From: Takakia lepidozioides
Lineage: Eukaryota > Plantae > Bryophyta
NCBI GenBank assembly: GCA_030704615.1
Contig: CM060731.1
Span: forward strand, 29,884,001-29,948,000
Reading direction: 5' to 3'
DNA length: 64,000 bases
Positions within the stretch are counted from its first letter, which is position 1; the number at the start of each line of letters is the position of its first letter. The position numbers and the translations under genes were made by a program. Under the pieces are notes generated by a model. The model searched no databases and was not told the origin of the DNA. It saw only the letters and a list, made by a program, of their open reading frames with translations. Positions 26,707 through 40,589 of the stretch are shown one piece after another.

Positions 26707-28049
26707 CTACTAATAACTCTTCTCCCGCACACTGGTTCTCCCCATCTTAAACAGTAGTAATTTTAAGAGAGCAGACATTGACTTGAACTTTGACACAGTG
26801 TGTGCAATCTCGAAATGAGAAACCTAGAAGTGGACATGCTGAAAGGCACTTTTATTTGTAAAATTATTTTATTTCAATCAGATTGGACGGGAGGGCAAGA
26901 TTGACTATGTACTTAACCAGTCTGCTGCTCTAAACGAAAAGAGTAGTTGATTTTGGTAGTCAACCCAAAACCATCAAACACACTATTGAATCCATTGCTC
27001 ACATGCTAGGACATTTTGCAACACTTCAGGTGGTTGTGTCAGTGGTGACCACTCTTGATGTCACCCTTGTGTGTTACAGACACTTGATTTCAGCTGTGAA
27101 ACTGTAAAAATATGTTATGCAAACACCTCTTTCTACAGTGGATTAGTCTTCGAGTCATCTGTAGGGGAGGGATACCATACCAACCCTCATAATGGTTTGT
27201 GAAGATATTCGCATTGAGCCATCAAAATTTGGAACACACGTTGCTAACTCACAGCTTTTACCTCTTTGACCCTCAAAGCTAGCTATTCCTACTGGTCAAC
27301 AGCTTGTTCTATAATCCATACATAGCTTATGATACTTTTGCCAGGTATATGTAGAAGTAAGGGTGCACTGGTGCGGTAGACAAATGGCAATTTTGTCATA
27401 TTGTTACAGAATGCCCTGTGTGGGGAGGCACTCACACTGAAAAATCTCAAATTTTGGCATGGAGCCTGTCTGTATGGAGGATCTCAACTGTAGATGGCCT
27501 CTCTGCTGAAGTCACTAAAGCTGACAGGAAACTACCTGTGCGAACAAGACAGTGATCATTGAACCCGATTGTAGAAGGGAGTAAACATGTCCTACCTAAC
27601 TGTCTTCTCATCCAGGCTTGCTGAAGCATCTTCTCAAAGTGGGTGCGTGCACCCACAACTTGTGGCATTGCTTGTATGTAAAGTAACTGCCCTGTGCATT
27701 CCTCCTGGCACTAACCACAGCTTGTGCTGCTATACATTTGACTAGTGGAACTGGTGCCTATTCTTTCTCTAAAAAATTTCTCTTACTAGGTGGACACAGG
27801 TAATGAATGTGGGTGTGAGGCTAATTATGTTGCGAAGGAAAGAGGGCTAGCTAACCTGAATTCAGCTGTAACACTACAAGACCCCCATCGCATCTTAAAA
27901 CTAAGTCGAAAGCTGTTGAATGTACGGGTGCAACAATTTAGCTATCAGCAAGCAGAGTCACTCCAAGACAGCACAAGATCACGGGTAGCGCTTGGGATCC
28001 CTGCACACACTCACAAAGCGAGTACTGAACGCCCACCAAAACTAGCCTA

Positions 28050-29493
28050 AGGTGTCTCTGAACTGGAAAATCGCCTTGAGCTATGAGTAGGCCTGATATG
28101 GAAGGAGTCATACCTTGCACCAAATCCGTCACCACAGTTGCTGGATCGAAGTCTCCTTGTACCAGCCTATATATATCCAGCACCTGCAACCCAGAGCCCC
28201 ATGCCCCAATGACAAAGATATGGCATGACAGGTCACTTTTACCACAACTCGTCAAAGTTAACATACATTGAAGGTCTGAAAACATAACTTTACTTCCTTG
28301 TCAACAGAAGGATGGGTTTTTTTGGTGATACTTTAGAATAAACCTTGAGCCTAGTCTTCAAAAGGCCTATGATCTGGATTTCGTGGTCCAACAACTAAGC
28401 CAAATTGATGCTTATGTGGTATAACACCCAAGGCAAATTGGGGTAATTATCTGTGGACTACCGGTCCCATAGAACCACAAGACTAACACAAGACCAACGT
28501 GATGTGAAGCTACTATTTCTTAGTTGCTGTAAAAGATGGAAATATGTGGGCAAACCTCCCGAAGGTGCAATCGTGAGTCCTCTGTGAATGCCATAAAAAG
28601 CTGCCTACGCAAGCTGGCATCAGTGGCCACCACTTGAGCGCCATCTTTTATGGTGTCTGTCAAATCTAGCTTCCCACCAACCGGCATTCTATTCCTTGCA
28701 GGGCAGCCTCTGAACATCCAATCAGATCAAAGTCCACATGAAAGAGTTGTAGAAATTCCATGCTTGCAAGTGTCAGACTGCTTAATTTAAAAATTTCACA
28801 AAGAAGATAGAGTGATAATCCCATGTACCTGCCACTAGACGATGAGAGAGCATACTGTAACGGGGTATTGCGATTCATTAGAGTGACTTGCACTGAGTAC
28901 CTCAAGAAACTTGAAATCGGGCAGAAGAGAGAGAGATTCCTTCCTGAGTTAGCAAAGATCGAATCACTAAAGAGAATCTCTCCGGAATCGAAATAGGGTA
29001 CTCATACACAAGCTGATTGAACTTGCCTGCACCAGACCGAATTTCAGATTGTATCTAGAGGGAAAGAGAGAGAAAATGACAATCATGTGGTACAGTACAT
29101 ACAATGTGCCAGAATAGAAAACCTTTCTCAAAATAACTGAACCAGGTCAATCTACATACAAGCCAATTGATCTGAACAAAACAGGGCCAAACGCAAAATA
29201 AACCGACATGTAGGTACGACCTAGGTGATACTCCTTTCAGACACCCTTACTCCCATGAGTCATTTGTGGGGGAGAGAAGTAAGAGATCGAGGCTCACCAG
29301 TGACAGTGCGGCAGTTGAAATCAGCGAGGCCTTTGCCAGTGGAGTTTTGCCAAATTGCTTCAAGAGCAGGAACAATGGGAGTAACGTTGGTACCAGGAGC
29401 AAGAAAGCCAAGCCTGGTAAGATCTCCCGCCATTTCCACATAGTCTTCATTTACCGCATGGACAACTGCATCTATCAAAATTTGCTTGTTTCG
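28050..29493 (-). pseudogene. ABC1K1: 3' fragment of plastid ABC1K1-like kinase (pseudogene)
   Basis: Exons NKQILIDAVVHAVNEDY...ALEAIWQNS; KFNQLVYEYP...RSLLTQEGI with a frameshift in a CT run near 28925; LDLTDTIKDGA. The VAYPY exon and the 5' half are absent. Confidence 0.8.
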
Positions 29494-29735
29494 CTGCACA
29501 AAGAGGTATAAACAACGTACATCAACAAAATTGGCTGGAGTTCAAGCAATGAGATATTGGCGATCAAATAGATGCAAAGAAGGAGCTTGAAAAGAGCTTA
29601 AAGATGACATGTGAGCAATTCATCATGTCCATAACCATGCTTGCAGCTTTCTTTCATCACCAAGGTAACAGCTGTAAAAATGATATCCAACCCCAACTCT
29701 TGCACAGAATTCATTCAGAAATATGTACACCAATG

Positions 29736-31480
29736 TGGCGGCGCGGGAGGGCGGAGCTCCGCTCAACTCTCTGCTAACAACGTATAATTTTAGGATTCCG
29801 CTATTTTTCGTGCCATCATCGTGTTTTTCTCTCATCTTCGTTAGCGACCCCCCCTATTTGGCGCCCACTAGCGATCTTAGCCATGCTCGCCGCCATAGCT
29901 CGTGTCCCATAGCTCGTGTCCGCGCTTCCTCTGATGCTACGCATTAGAAATAGAGCCCAAGCCTTTCTCTATTACAGCTTCCCACCCTCATTATTCTTAG
30001 TCGTGTCTTGCAAACCATCTCTGGCAGTTTCCACGACGTTTTTAATACTAGAGCTTTCATAAGTTTTTCGCTCAAGTCTTACTGCTTTGCGAGCTTTGCG
30101 ACTTCACTTGCGGGGCTCCCTCGACCTTGGTCTGCCAACCCCGGCGATTTTGGCGTTTTCTCACCCCGATTTGGTGTACAGGAAGTCATGTATTTTCAAT
30201 AGCACAAGCTTCAAGCCTCAGCATATCTTTCTTGTCATGGTGCTATGGCTACCGCCAGTGCTGCAATGTTCTTAATGCTACTTCTATTGGTCGTCGACAC
30301 CACATGCAACGCAAGCACGAGGCCCGAGACATTCTTTCGGGACGCCAGTACTTCGGAAGGGCCCACTCAAGATATGGGGAATAACAGTTCCCCATCAACT
30401 AGCTTCAGATTTGATCTCTCTTACTGGATAAGATCTGATACGTCCAGCTCTGAGCAAAATAGTCATTACAGGCGCGGGTCTGGCATCCCTCCCAGCATAA
30501 TCCTGCAAAATGGGTCGCTTTACCCTATGATGCAAGCCAAGGCAACCGACGCCATTGAGTGCGTGTTTTTCTCCACTGATGTGCAAGTCCAAGGCTTGGA
30601 GGCCCGAGGCCCATCTCAGAAGCCTTTCAGCTATATGACGACTCTCTCCCGACAACATACCATGAAGGCTGGTATCATGAAGGCTGGAAACCAATATTGT
30701 GTTTGGAAGAAGTTGAAGCTGTTGGCTGGCAAGTAGCTTATGCGGCTTGATTCCAGAAGTTCAAACAGCAATATGAGGACCAACGCTGGTGGTGCTCAGT
30801 TAACTATTGCTCCGCATCCGCCCTGCTTCTTCTCGACTTCCTACTCAGGCAGACGCAGACCGACTATCGGACAGTTTATGACACATAGGTTGGCTATGAC
30901 CAACGTACACGCCCAAGAACGTCTTGCTCATCAGACCGCACACAACACTTTCTCAGCAAGTGCATGGTGCTGAGGCACTTGAACTGTTTCATCAGTTTCA
31001 TACATCTACACCCCACAGTTGGGATCACCGCTATCGAAAGTGCAACATGACATGTTTCATTCAGATACGACACCAAGTTCGGCCTCAGGATGTGAACTGG
31101 CACCAAAGTTACGTTTTCCCTCCTTCTATGTTCAAAGCGAGCTACCCCTCAGTTGTGGCTGCCCTATTCTTTCCCCTCTGCTGCACAAGCAGGCTCTTCC
31201 TCACCTCCCGGTCTGCACTACTTTGTTCTCGATCGACCTGTCAGGGCGATGTCTACTTTCTGTCATTACCAAGGAACCGAAGTCTATGAAGATTATGGCC
31301 ATTACATTCCCGAGAACCATGGGCTGCCGACATCAAGAGTACTCCGCCCAACTCAATCTCGAGCCAGTCACCCGAAGGAGCACTGGCCCCGCCGACAGAT
31401 GCTGCAGATGCGGGTGTCTGATGGATGCGCGCCGTATCTTTTTTGGCAGCACTCCCTGTTACGCACCTAACGCTTAGAAC
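29736..31480 (+). mobile_element. Highly degenerate retroelement-like sequence
   Basis: Broken frames include THRLAM and CCRCGCLMDARRIFFG, resembling the C-terminal zinc finger of a non-LTR ORF2. The segment abuts the truncated ABC1K1. Confidence 0.3.
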
Positions 31481-32416
31481 AATCTTGGTGACTACTATGC
31501 CAATGCCCTCTCTCTCAACCAGGTACACCTCCCCCATACTTGCAACAGGTACTTGCAAATACCTCATCCCACTTTGATCTCTGCTTTTGTTCCATTGCCC
31601 TTGTCCTGTGTGCTTCAACATCTGATAATTATCTACTTGATTGTTGAACCCTCATATACTGTTACATCCCTGAAATACACCATGCCCTACGTAGTTATAC
31701 TCATTGCGCCTTTCTTCTTGTCAGTCTCCATTACAGTTGTTTTTTACCCTCCTCCTTGCTCTAAGCTACAAACAGCTTGGCCACAATACGTCAACACCAT
31801 TTCCTCTGACCGGCGACCCTATGATAAATATCTAGAGGCATTTGCCTCTGTTGCCCTTCAATGCTTTGCTTCCAAAGATATTGCATCCAGACACATGTCT
31901 TCTATGACTATTTGCTATTGCTATAATATGCGCATGAACTCTTTCTCCTCACATCTCACATAGTCCCATGTACATCCCAAATTTTTTGTATCTGGTTCTC
32001 ACCTTTATGTGTCCTGGAAATGCCCAACAATTGCACTCGGCCGCAAGCATGTCTACAAGGACCACATGTTACTTCCTACTCATACCAAGGTAAAGGACCA
32101 GTGTTGGGAGGTTATTAGGTTCCGGGTATTGGTGGGGTGAGGTTGTGGACATACCTACCGGAGACCAATACTAGAACTATTTAGGATTTTACATACCCAG
32201 GGGTTATCAATCAAGCCCATTATCAAAATTATTAGACAACATATCAAGAACAATGAAACATGGATGATAACCTACTGTTATCAACCCGGGGCCGGGGTTT
32301 TAAAAACATTCTTTAAGAACGCCCTAAAATTTATCCAAACTTATCAAAGTGATGAGAAATATTAACTAATTAAATTCAAATGTTATCTACTAATTAATAC
32401 TAATACTAATGTACTT

Positions 32417-34110
32417 AGGCCTCGGCGGCACTGGTGGCTAACTAGCCACTATTAATTAGCCACTGATAGGCAGTGGTTAATTAGCCCGGGATAATGTGCA
32501 GCCGCACTTATGGCTAAAAGTTAGCAATGGCTAACGAAAGTTATTCCGCGAGCTGCTCGACATGCGCCCCTGGAGCGGCTCGTCGAGGACACCATAGCTG
32601 CGAAGCTCGCGATGCACACAGATAGAACGACAGAGTACATAAATCTACGAATACATGGTGGCGCCATCTCATTGGCCTTACATTTGAGTCCTAATAACCT
32701 GCAATGGCTAGGAGAGAATCCGCATCCCACTGAACTGGTAGTAGGTCGGTTTGTGAAGAAGCTTGGACGTAGCCATAGCTAGTTCTTGCTTTGAGGGAGA
32801 TAGACGTTGATGGAACAAAGTTAGCTTGCTTGATTTATCCCTGCAAATGAATTCGCTAATATTTCCTCTGGATCAAATCCCTCTTCCATAATGTTTCTTG
32901 AATCAGCACGAACCAAGTCTTGCTAAAAATAACAGTTCTTTGAAAAACTTGGAATGGAGAACCGCTTCTAGGCTTTGATCCACTACTTGACTAGACCAAC
33001 TAGATCATGAGCTCATTCTGTTAAGTTATTGCTAGTGCTCAAAATGATCTGCATGGAACCGGGCTTCAAATACATTTGTTTATAATTTAGTGTTAAAATG
33101 GGGATAGAGGCTCTTTTAATTGCCAGCTGTTCTCTTGTAAGAACCTTTAATGGGAAGAATAGGTGCACGTTGTAAGAATTGAATTCCAGATCTATGCATT
33201 CTATCATTTAAGCTTAATTTTCTCTTAGAGTCTACCAATTCAAGGGACTAGAAAGATGTGGGTGATTCTACTGAAATCGATCGTTTTGAACTGAAAAATA
33301 GGTCTCGTCTTTTCATACATCGTGCGACGTCTGCAGGCAAGGGCTTAGACTACATTCAAGAATTTTAGACTATGGAGCCGATCATCTAGATCTGATGTCT
33401 CCGCCAGACCACGATGCATTGACAACCGACTAAATGCACATGAAGAACAAACATACAAAAAATCGAAAGGCTTTCGGAGGAAGGTTGACGTAGATTTAGT
33501 TCCGAAATTGTCCTGGGAATGTTGTTAGCTACTGCAGATGATCTTTCTACTTTGCTATAGCTGGTGCTATGTTAAATTTCTTTGCTCTGAATCTGAAACC
33601 TTGTCCCCCCTCTGGAGCCTTTTCAGTTCTTGCTCTTATCTGTGATGTGTTTCTGAGTGCTAATATGTTAGCAGCTGCTTGGCGGATTCGTCAATGATCC
33701 AAATTTTTGCGTCAATCTTGCTTGCATCTGGAATTTGGTGGAGCCCAGCTACACTACGTTAGTTGCGAGGCCTGCGTAGAATGGGGAACGGAAGTAGAAC
33801 AAGGAGCGTTGGAATTTTCCATATGCTGCTCCGTGTGGCTAAAGTTAGTACGTGGGGGTGGGTAGGGGTTATCTTGTCCGACAAATACTGGGGGTAGTTA
33901 GCGACGTTTAGCGTTGAGTTAACTAACTTTAACAGTGGCTAAATCGTCTAGTGCGGCAGCTACATAAACTTAGTCATGGCTAAATCGTTTAATGCGGCCG
34001 GGCTTTTATTTAGGTAGCTAGAATTATAAAGTTAGTTAGTATTCCTACTAAGGCCCCAACCGCACTTGCCGGTTAGCTAGTAGGCCACTAGCCGCAGCTA
34101 GTGCGTCGGT
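32417..34110. mobile_element. Possible PIF/Harbinger-like TIR element remnant
   Basis: TTA|GGCCTCGGCGGCAC and GCGGCCGGGCT|TT ends, repeated tggcta/tagcca subterminal motifs, decayed interior. Confidence 0.3.
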
Positions 34111-34988
34111 TAGCTAGCAGGTATGGCAGGAACCTTGACGACGGCCGCACGTGCAACAACTGTCGCGCACCTCACTTCGGTAAGCTCCCCTTCAAGTCAT
34201 AGTTACTCGCTTGATGCGCGCGCCTAACTCCCAAACTGGCTGCCGGGCCAACTCGGAGCTTCGGCTGCTCACCGGGGCATAACGGTCCCCCTTTATTCCT
34301 CCACAAGACCCTCTCCCAATTTGGGCTTAGTGGAAATTTCCTTTGGTCGATGGCAGTCCGGCATAGCTCCCCACACCTTGGTCGCTTTCCGACTCGCACG
34401 CTTACGCACTAGTTTTTGGACACTAACGGGCTTGCACCGTTTTCGGGGTTACTACTCCCTATATATACTTCTGTGACTGTCCGCGGGGGTTTCACAAACA
34501 ACACCACCATTTTATGGCGAACCACCACGAAAACCCTCGATTCCTGGTGATGAGTCGCGGTGAGTCTTGGCCCACCCACCACAGTCCTCTTGGACCGTGA
34601 TGAGTCCCAAGACTCCCCATGACTCCCACCACAAGGTCTCCGCCCCCATGGTGAGTCCTATGCCACCCCCACTAAGACCCACTAAGTTACCACCACCCTT
34701 GTAGAGCCACCCGCACCGTAACCCGGTGTGCGAGGCTCTACCTAGTGAGTGTCTCCGCCTCTTCGAGTGCCTTGGGCACTCGAGGTTGTTTCAGCCCCCC
34801 GTACCTATTGCTGCCACCGTCCCCACCACAGGGGCAGCCCCTCTGCGTCCCGACTCCCTGCCCTCAAGGCAAAGGACCGCGACAACGACTGCCTTCATTG
34901 GAGAAGAGAATGAGTAGAGTCCAAGTTTTGGAAAGTTGTTTCTCACTCCCACCAGTCAAAAGGCCTCAACTGATTGTATGGATAAAAC

Positions 34989-35743
34989 CAGTGTTGGCCG
35001 GGTATAACACTCTATCCCGGTTAGTAGGTATATATATCCGCATACATGGTATTTTTACAAAACAGAACAAATAGATAACCGACGGTTGGGAGGTGAGTAT
35101 GTATATGTATATGTACCATATATTAAGGTTAGCACTACACTGTATACCCGGATTAGTAAGGCGTTTTGACCACCCCTAGAGTGGTTACAGTATAGGACAC
35201 GTTCATCCTCACACAACGCAGCTGCATTGATTGTCATGATTGTCTGCATGCCTCAGTATTGGCAACTTTTGCAAGAGGTGCGCTCAATATGTATAACTTA
35301 TTGTTATGTTAAATGTTAGCCAACTTCCCTCTTTGGCTTTGTTCCTTTCTTATTTTAGTCATTTTATTTGATAAATTTCTCATGTACTTTGAGCATTCTA
35401 GCATTACCTATCTATTACTCATCTTTATTAAAGGTTCTCATCTTCATTTGGATGTCATGTAGGAACTGATTATTTTTAACGAAAATCATTGAGAAATACA
35501 AGTGCCCATTCAATATGTTATATGTAACCGCCAATTCTATATATATCCGCCAATTTTAGGACACCTCTAACCGTCCTATTTATAACCGTCTAAATTTGAA
35601 GAATTTTGTAGAATAGATAACCGGTGGATATACTAAAATAAAAAAATTATCCTTCTACATAACCATGGAATGTGTCCATCCCAAAAATATTGAAATAACC
35701 TTAACCGGCGGATATGTAAAATTCTTATAACCGGCCAATATTG
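34989..35743. mobile_element. hAT MITE with 8-bp TSD
   Basis: TIR CAGTGTTGGCCGG.TATAA / TTATAACCGGCCAATATTG; flanks GATAAAAC and GATAAAAG; internal ataaccg repeats. Confidence 0.8.
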
Positions 35744-36759
35744 GATAAAAGCCAGAGTTTGGACAGATCAGAGTTGTCTGTAACGGTCTCTTCTGCAAAA
35801 GGCTTGTATGCAGCAGCTGGGCCCAGAAGAAGCTTGTGCAATATCATTATGTCATCTGTCAATTGAAAGTTCCGTAGCACAATAAACTCAAACAGCCCAA
35901 AGGTCCAAGAATATCCACCCATTAAGTGAACTGATGGCCACTTTCAAAAATTGTCGAAGTTCTCCCCTTCACAATCGATATGAAAGTGGTTTCTATATTT
36001 TTGTCTTTGGTAGCACCCATCCATGTCCAGTGGCAAAAAAATAATTGCGATTTGAGATATGTTTCCAAATCTGAGGTCAATTTTGGAAAATTTATGTTTC
36101 TCTTCACTATATACATCAACTTGCCGACTGATTTATATCAGTCCGTCGCCCTACATCCGTCACTTGTTTTGACTACTTTCATCCATCCCTTTCTCCAAAA
36201 AATAATAAATTACTACTGGTGCATTTAAGCACCGACACCTAGTTAAAGTTTTTAATTAGTTTTTCCTAGAGTGTCTATTAATATAATATATAATCTTTTT
36301 ATTTTAATCTTTCAGATCTGCTCCCTCCACCTGAACGGATCAGATCGAACCACATGTTTTTCCTCCATCCATTGTCATCCGTTCAGAAATCCAGCCCGTA
36401 ATCCATCCATCCATGGTTCCATCCGATGATTTCATCCATTTTCATTCTTCCTCAAAATTTTCATCCATCTGTAACTTTCATCCATCTGTAACTTTCATCC
36501 ATCCAGGAGCATAACCAACTTCAGTTGGTACATGACCAACTTACATTGATACATGAGCCGTTTTAAATCCTATGAATGTTGCTCATCATCCATGTCATTC
36601 ATCTGTTTGGGAAGTGAGGATCGCTACCCTTGATCAACCAATATCCAGTGGTTCACAGTTATCCTTGTTTTCCCATTAGCTTCCTTTCCCGTGCTATGTT
36701 GAGGTCAGGGAGAGGTTCCTATGCTTGAAGTAGCGAGTTGTAGCGTTGTTTCGAGAGTC

Positions 36760-37302
36760 GTCTGCTGGTGAGATCCTTCAGCAAGATAAGCATATTTTCC
36801 TGCATTTGCTAATTTACAAATACATCGATCCTGAATCATTCTTGGCGCTGAAGACTATTCATTGATTTCTAGATCATACCTCCATACCATGTAATCTCTA
36901 GAGTACTGTCCGCAAACCAAAAGCCGAGTTCCTGTAACTGCCGACTCTTTGTCAAAAACTTCAAAGGTATAATCCACAGGGCAGCCTGACAGACAACGCC
37001 AACATGTACTAACGGAATCAAACGCCCCCACTTTCGTACACTTATAAGAGGCTGTACATTGTGTGCAGGCCCAGCCAGCATGTAAACCCATTCCTCCTTG
37101 ATCTCTACCCGTTTGCGAATATCAAAGACGTCGTTGAGGCCTTCGTCATCAACCACCGCTAGCACATTCTGTCATTTCTTACAACTACCTGTCAACGGTA
37201 AATAATAAGAACGAGACACCGTTCAACGCATTCTAGTGTTACATGGTCTGTCAATCCCGGAATCAAGGAGTTGTCATTCGACTAGTCCTCCAGCTCTGCC
37301 AT
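36760..37302 (-). pseudogene. F-box/kelch-repeat pseudogene
   Basis: MAELED*SNDNSLIPGLTDHVTLEC (F-box start with a stop codon) and WRYDLEINE*SSAPRMIQDR (kelch motif with a stop codon), plus frameshifts. Confidence 0.65.
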
Positions 37303-37574
37303 TGCTAGAATTTTATTTTTTTAATAATTTCTTACTATGATTTCGTACTAAAATTCATAAAATATATACTAATGTACATAAAATGTGATATTCTAAATTA
37401 TGATCCGAAAAAGTGATCGACACCTCTTTCTCCACGTGACTACGTGTTGTGGAATAGTTATATGTCACGCACACATAAGTTGTGTGGAGAGGAAGTGAGG
37501 AGAGAATGAGCCTCCACTGGCTTATTTGCCCTCCCCATCTCATTCCTCGGTCCACGCGTAAGGCACACCTTCTA

Positions 37575-38790
37575 GAAGCGACCGCCACCATGGCGGTCGC
37601 TACATTTTAGAAAAATAATAAAAAAACGACCGCCAGTAATTGCGGTCGCTCTATTTAAAAATTAAACAATAAAAACGATCGCCAGTAACGACGAGCGCTC
37701 TACTAAAAAAAAACAAAAAATAAAGCGACCGCCACTACTGGCAGTCGCAACATTTTCAGAAATTAAAAATATACAAGCGACCACCAGTAATGGCGGTCGC
37801 TCTATTTAAAAAAATGAAAAATAAAAGCGACCACAAGAGCTGGCGGTCGCAGCATTTTCAGAAATTAAAAATATACAAGCGACTGTCAGTAATGGCCGTC
37901 GCTTTAATTTTTATTTTATTTAAAAAAAAAAACCGCAAATAATGGCGGTCGCTCTATTTTTGTTTGTAAAATAAAATACGACCGCCATTACTGGCGGTCG
38001 CTGTATTTTCAGAAACTAAAAATATACAAGCGCCCGCCAATAATGGCGGTCGGTCTAATTTTTTTAAACAAATGACCACCAATAATGGCTGTCGCTCTAT
38101 TTTTAAAAATAAAAAATAAAAGCGATCGTCATTACTGGCGGTCGCTGGATTTTCAGAAATTAAAAATATACAAGCGACCACCAGTAATGGCGGTCGCTCT
38201 ATTTTTTTTAAAAACAAAAACAAAAACGACCGCCAATAATGGCGGTCGCTCTATTTGTTTTTTAAATAAAATAAATGCGACCGCCATTACTGGCGGTCGC
38301 TGTATTTTCTGAAATTAAAAATATTTTTAATATTTAAAAACAATTACTATATTTACTATTTCTAAAATAAAGCGACCGCCATATTATGGCAGTCGCTGTT
38401 TTTTTTGTTTTTTTGGAATTAAAGTGACCACCATATTATGGCGGACGCTGGTTTTTTAATATATTTGTAAAATAAAGCGACCGCCATATTATGGCGGTTG
38501 CTTGCTTTTTATATATTATTGAAAACAAGCGACTGCCAATTCTGGCGGTCGCTTGTTTTTTTTAAATATTTTCAAAATTATGCGGCCGCCAATACGGAGG
38601 TCGCTATATTTGAAAAAAAATTAGACGACCGCCAAGGCGACCGCCAATTTTATTTTTTTAATAATTTTTTTAATAATTTTTTTTAAGCGAACGCCATGTT
38701 GGTCAGTCTTATTTCTAAAATTCCGAAATATAAAGCGATCGCCAAAAGTGACGGTAGCTCTTATTTCTAAATTTCCGAAATATAAAGCGA
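37575..38790. repeat. Array of palindromic GCGACCGCCA-N(2-5)-TGGCGGTCGC units with AT-rich spacers (transposon subterminal/foldback-like)
   Basis: Roughly 25-30 variably degenerate copies visible; the array is cut mid-unit at 38791. Confidence 0.85.
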
Positions 38791-39247
38791 CAGGAATAGG
38801 GTGCCATAGTGCCACGTTATCGTCGCCACGTCATTGTAGCCACGTCATTGTAGCCACGTCATCGTAGACACGTCATCGTAGACACGTCATCGTAGCCAGG
38901 TCATCGTCGTCGTCAATTTCTTTGGAATCTGCCCGGACGGCCCGCGCGAAATAGGCCAATAGAAATCACCGCGCCAACGTTTTTGGAACTGCCTGCAATG
39001 CCTGGATCTTGATCTTCTTGAACTGCAGGAGCTCTGTATTTTCCGCCATCGTTCACCTTGCAAGCACATGCATGGATAGCTGAAGGAGCAGGGATTGAGT
39101 GTGGGTCCAGATTCATCCAAAAGGGCCGGATTTCAAGCTCCAGATTAACTATGATTCGAATAGAGAAGAAAAGAGGGAAAGAGAGGAAGGGGAGGGAAGG
39201 AAAGGATGGACCAATGAACACACCAGGGATGGTCTCTGCTGTAACAG

Positions 39248-39366
39248 AGCAAATGAAATATGTCGTGAATCAAAGCGACAAACCATCAATGCTGAGGATG
39301 TGCTCAAAGTTGTTGTGGAGCTGGACCTCACCGAGTTTTGTGAGCCCTTGAGAGCTGCACTTGCAG
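39248..39366 (+). pseudogene. Captured exon of a DPB4/NF-YB11-like histone-fold protein
   Basis: AG|ANEICRESKRQTINAEDVLKVVVELDLTEFCEPLRAALA|GT with both splice sites retained; no other exons nearby. Confidence 0.75.
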
Positions 39367-40589
39367 GTGTGTATGGTTCTCTCTCTCTCTCTCTCTCATG
39401 ATGATTTGCAGTGATGACTTAAGTGGATTATTTGAGTTTTTTGTTCTGTCTTTCTTTATGGGGCAAGGTGCCAGATCAAACTCTAGTAAAAACCCTCTTC
39501 AGGGAACACCTCATAAGTTTGAAAAAGCCAAAAAAATCAACAAAGACACTAATCTTTCTCACACTCTGTGTATCTTCCCTGGCCCTTGTTGGGGTCTAAT
39601 TGTTGGGCAGCTCACACACAGCAGATTGATGCTCGTGTGAAGGGATTTCTAGGAGAACCTGGAAAGCTGTTTATACCAAGGTAAGTCCCACTACTGGAGT
39701 GAGCCCCTGACAAAGGTAGCGTCTGTTCCCTCTTGTTCTACCCAAACTGGGCGTAGGGTCTATGACAACATCATCTCATGAGTACATTATATGTCTTCCT
39801 TTTGCATGACTTATCTAGACTGTCTTTAAGGAACAAAGTTCTTGAGCAGTTATGGGTGCTTGTAGGCTTCAGGAAAGGGTATGGAAACTTAGGCCTACGG
39901 AGAGATGAAGGGAGCGGTAGGGAAGACGATTGTAGCTAGGAAAAGGGCGGTGTGCCATGGAAACTTGTGTGGTCAAGTTGTGAATATTACCCTAGGGTAA
40001 GAGGGCAGTAATGGGTACTTAGGATAGATGTTGTTGAAATTTCTTGGTGATGCTCTCAAGTTAGCATGAGAGAGGTGATAACTTTCTGAAAAATGGAATG
40101 GAGGGACTGCCTGGACTTCAAACCAGGAAGGTGTAGAGAGAACGAGAGGTGATGCAAGCATTGCAGTGGAATGTTGATTGAGGGGAGATTCTCCAAACCC
40201 TCAGTCACAGAATGTATTGTTTTGATTCTATTTTCTTTTCTTTCTGGTTCAGCACTGTGAGTCTGGAATCAACGTAGTGGTGATCATACCTGCAAAGTGC
40301 ATGCTGTAGAAACAAGTAAGATTTGCTGGTCAGTATTACAGCATAGGAATGAGGGTTCAGTTTACCAAGAATTAAGGCCTGGCATATGCATGCACAAAGT
40401 AGTGGAATGAATGGTAGATCTCTTGCAAACTGTTGGGTGCTTCTGCATTGCATGTAGCTGCATAAGTGACATTGTCATTTCATGTTAGTTGTTAGACTGA
40501 GAGGGATCTGTTTCTGGAACTCTGTTAATTGGGAGTTGAATGCAAACAAAGTTGTTCTGTAGTTGTATTTACTGACTGACAAACATTCT

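Noticed and set aside
34161-34890. LTR plus PBS of a retrotransposon
   Set aside because: GC-rich with a TATA-like motif and TG start, but no second LTR, TSD or recognisable PBS could be confirmed.
37575-38790. CRISPR array
   Set aside because: Spacers are low-complexity and related to one another, repeats are degenerate, there are no cas genes, and the context is eukaryotic.
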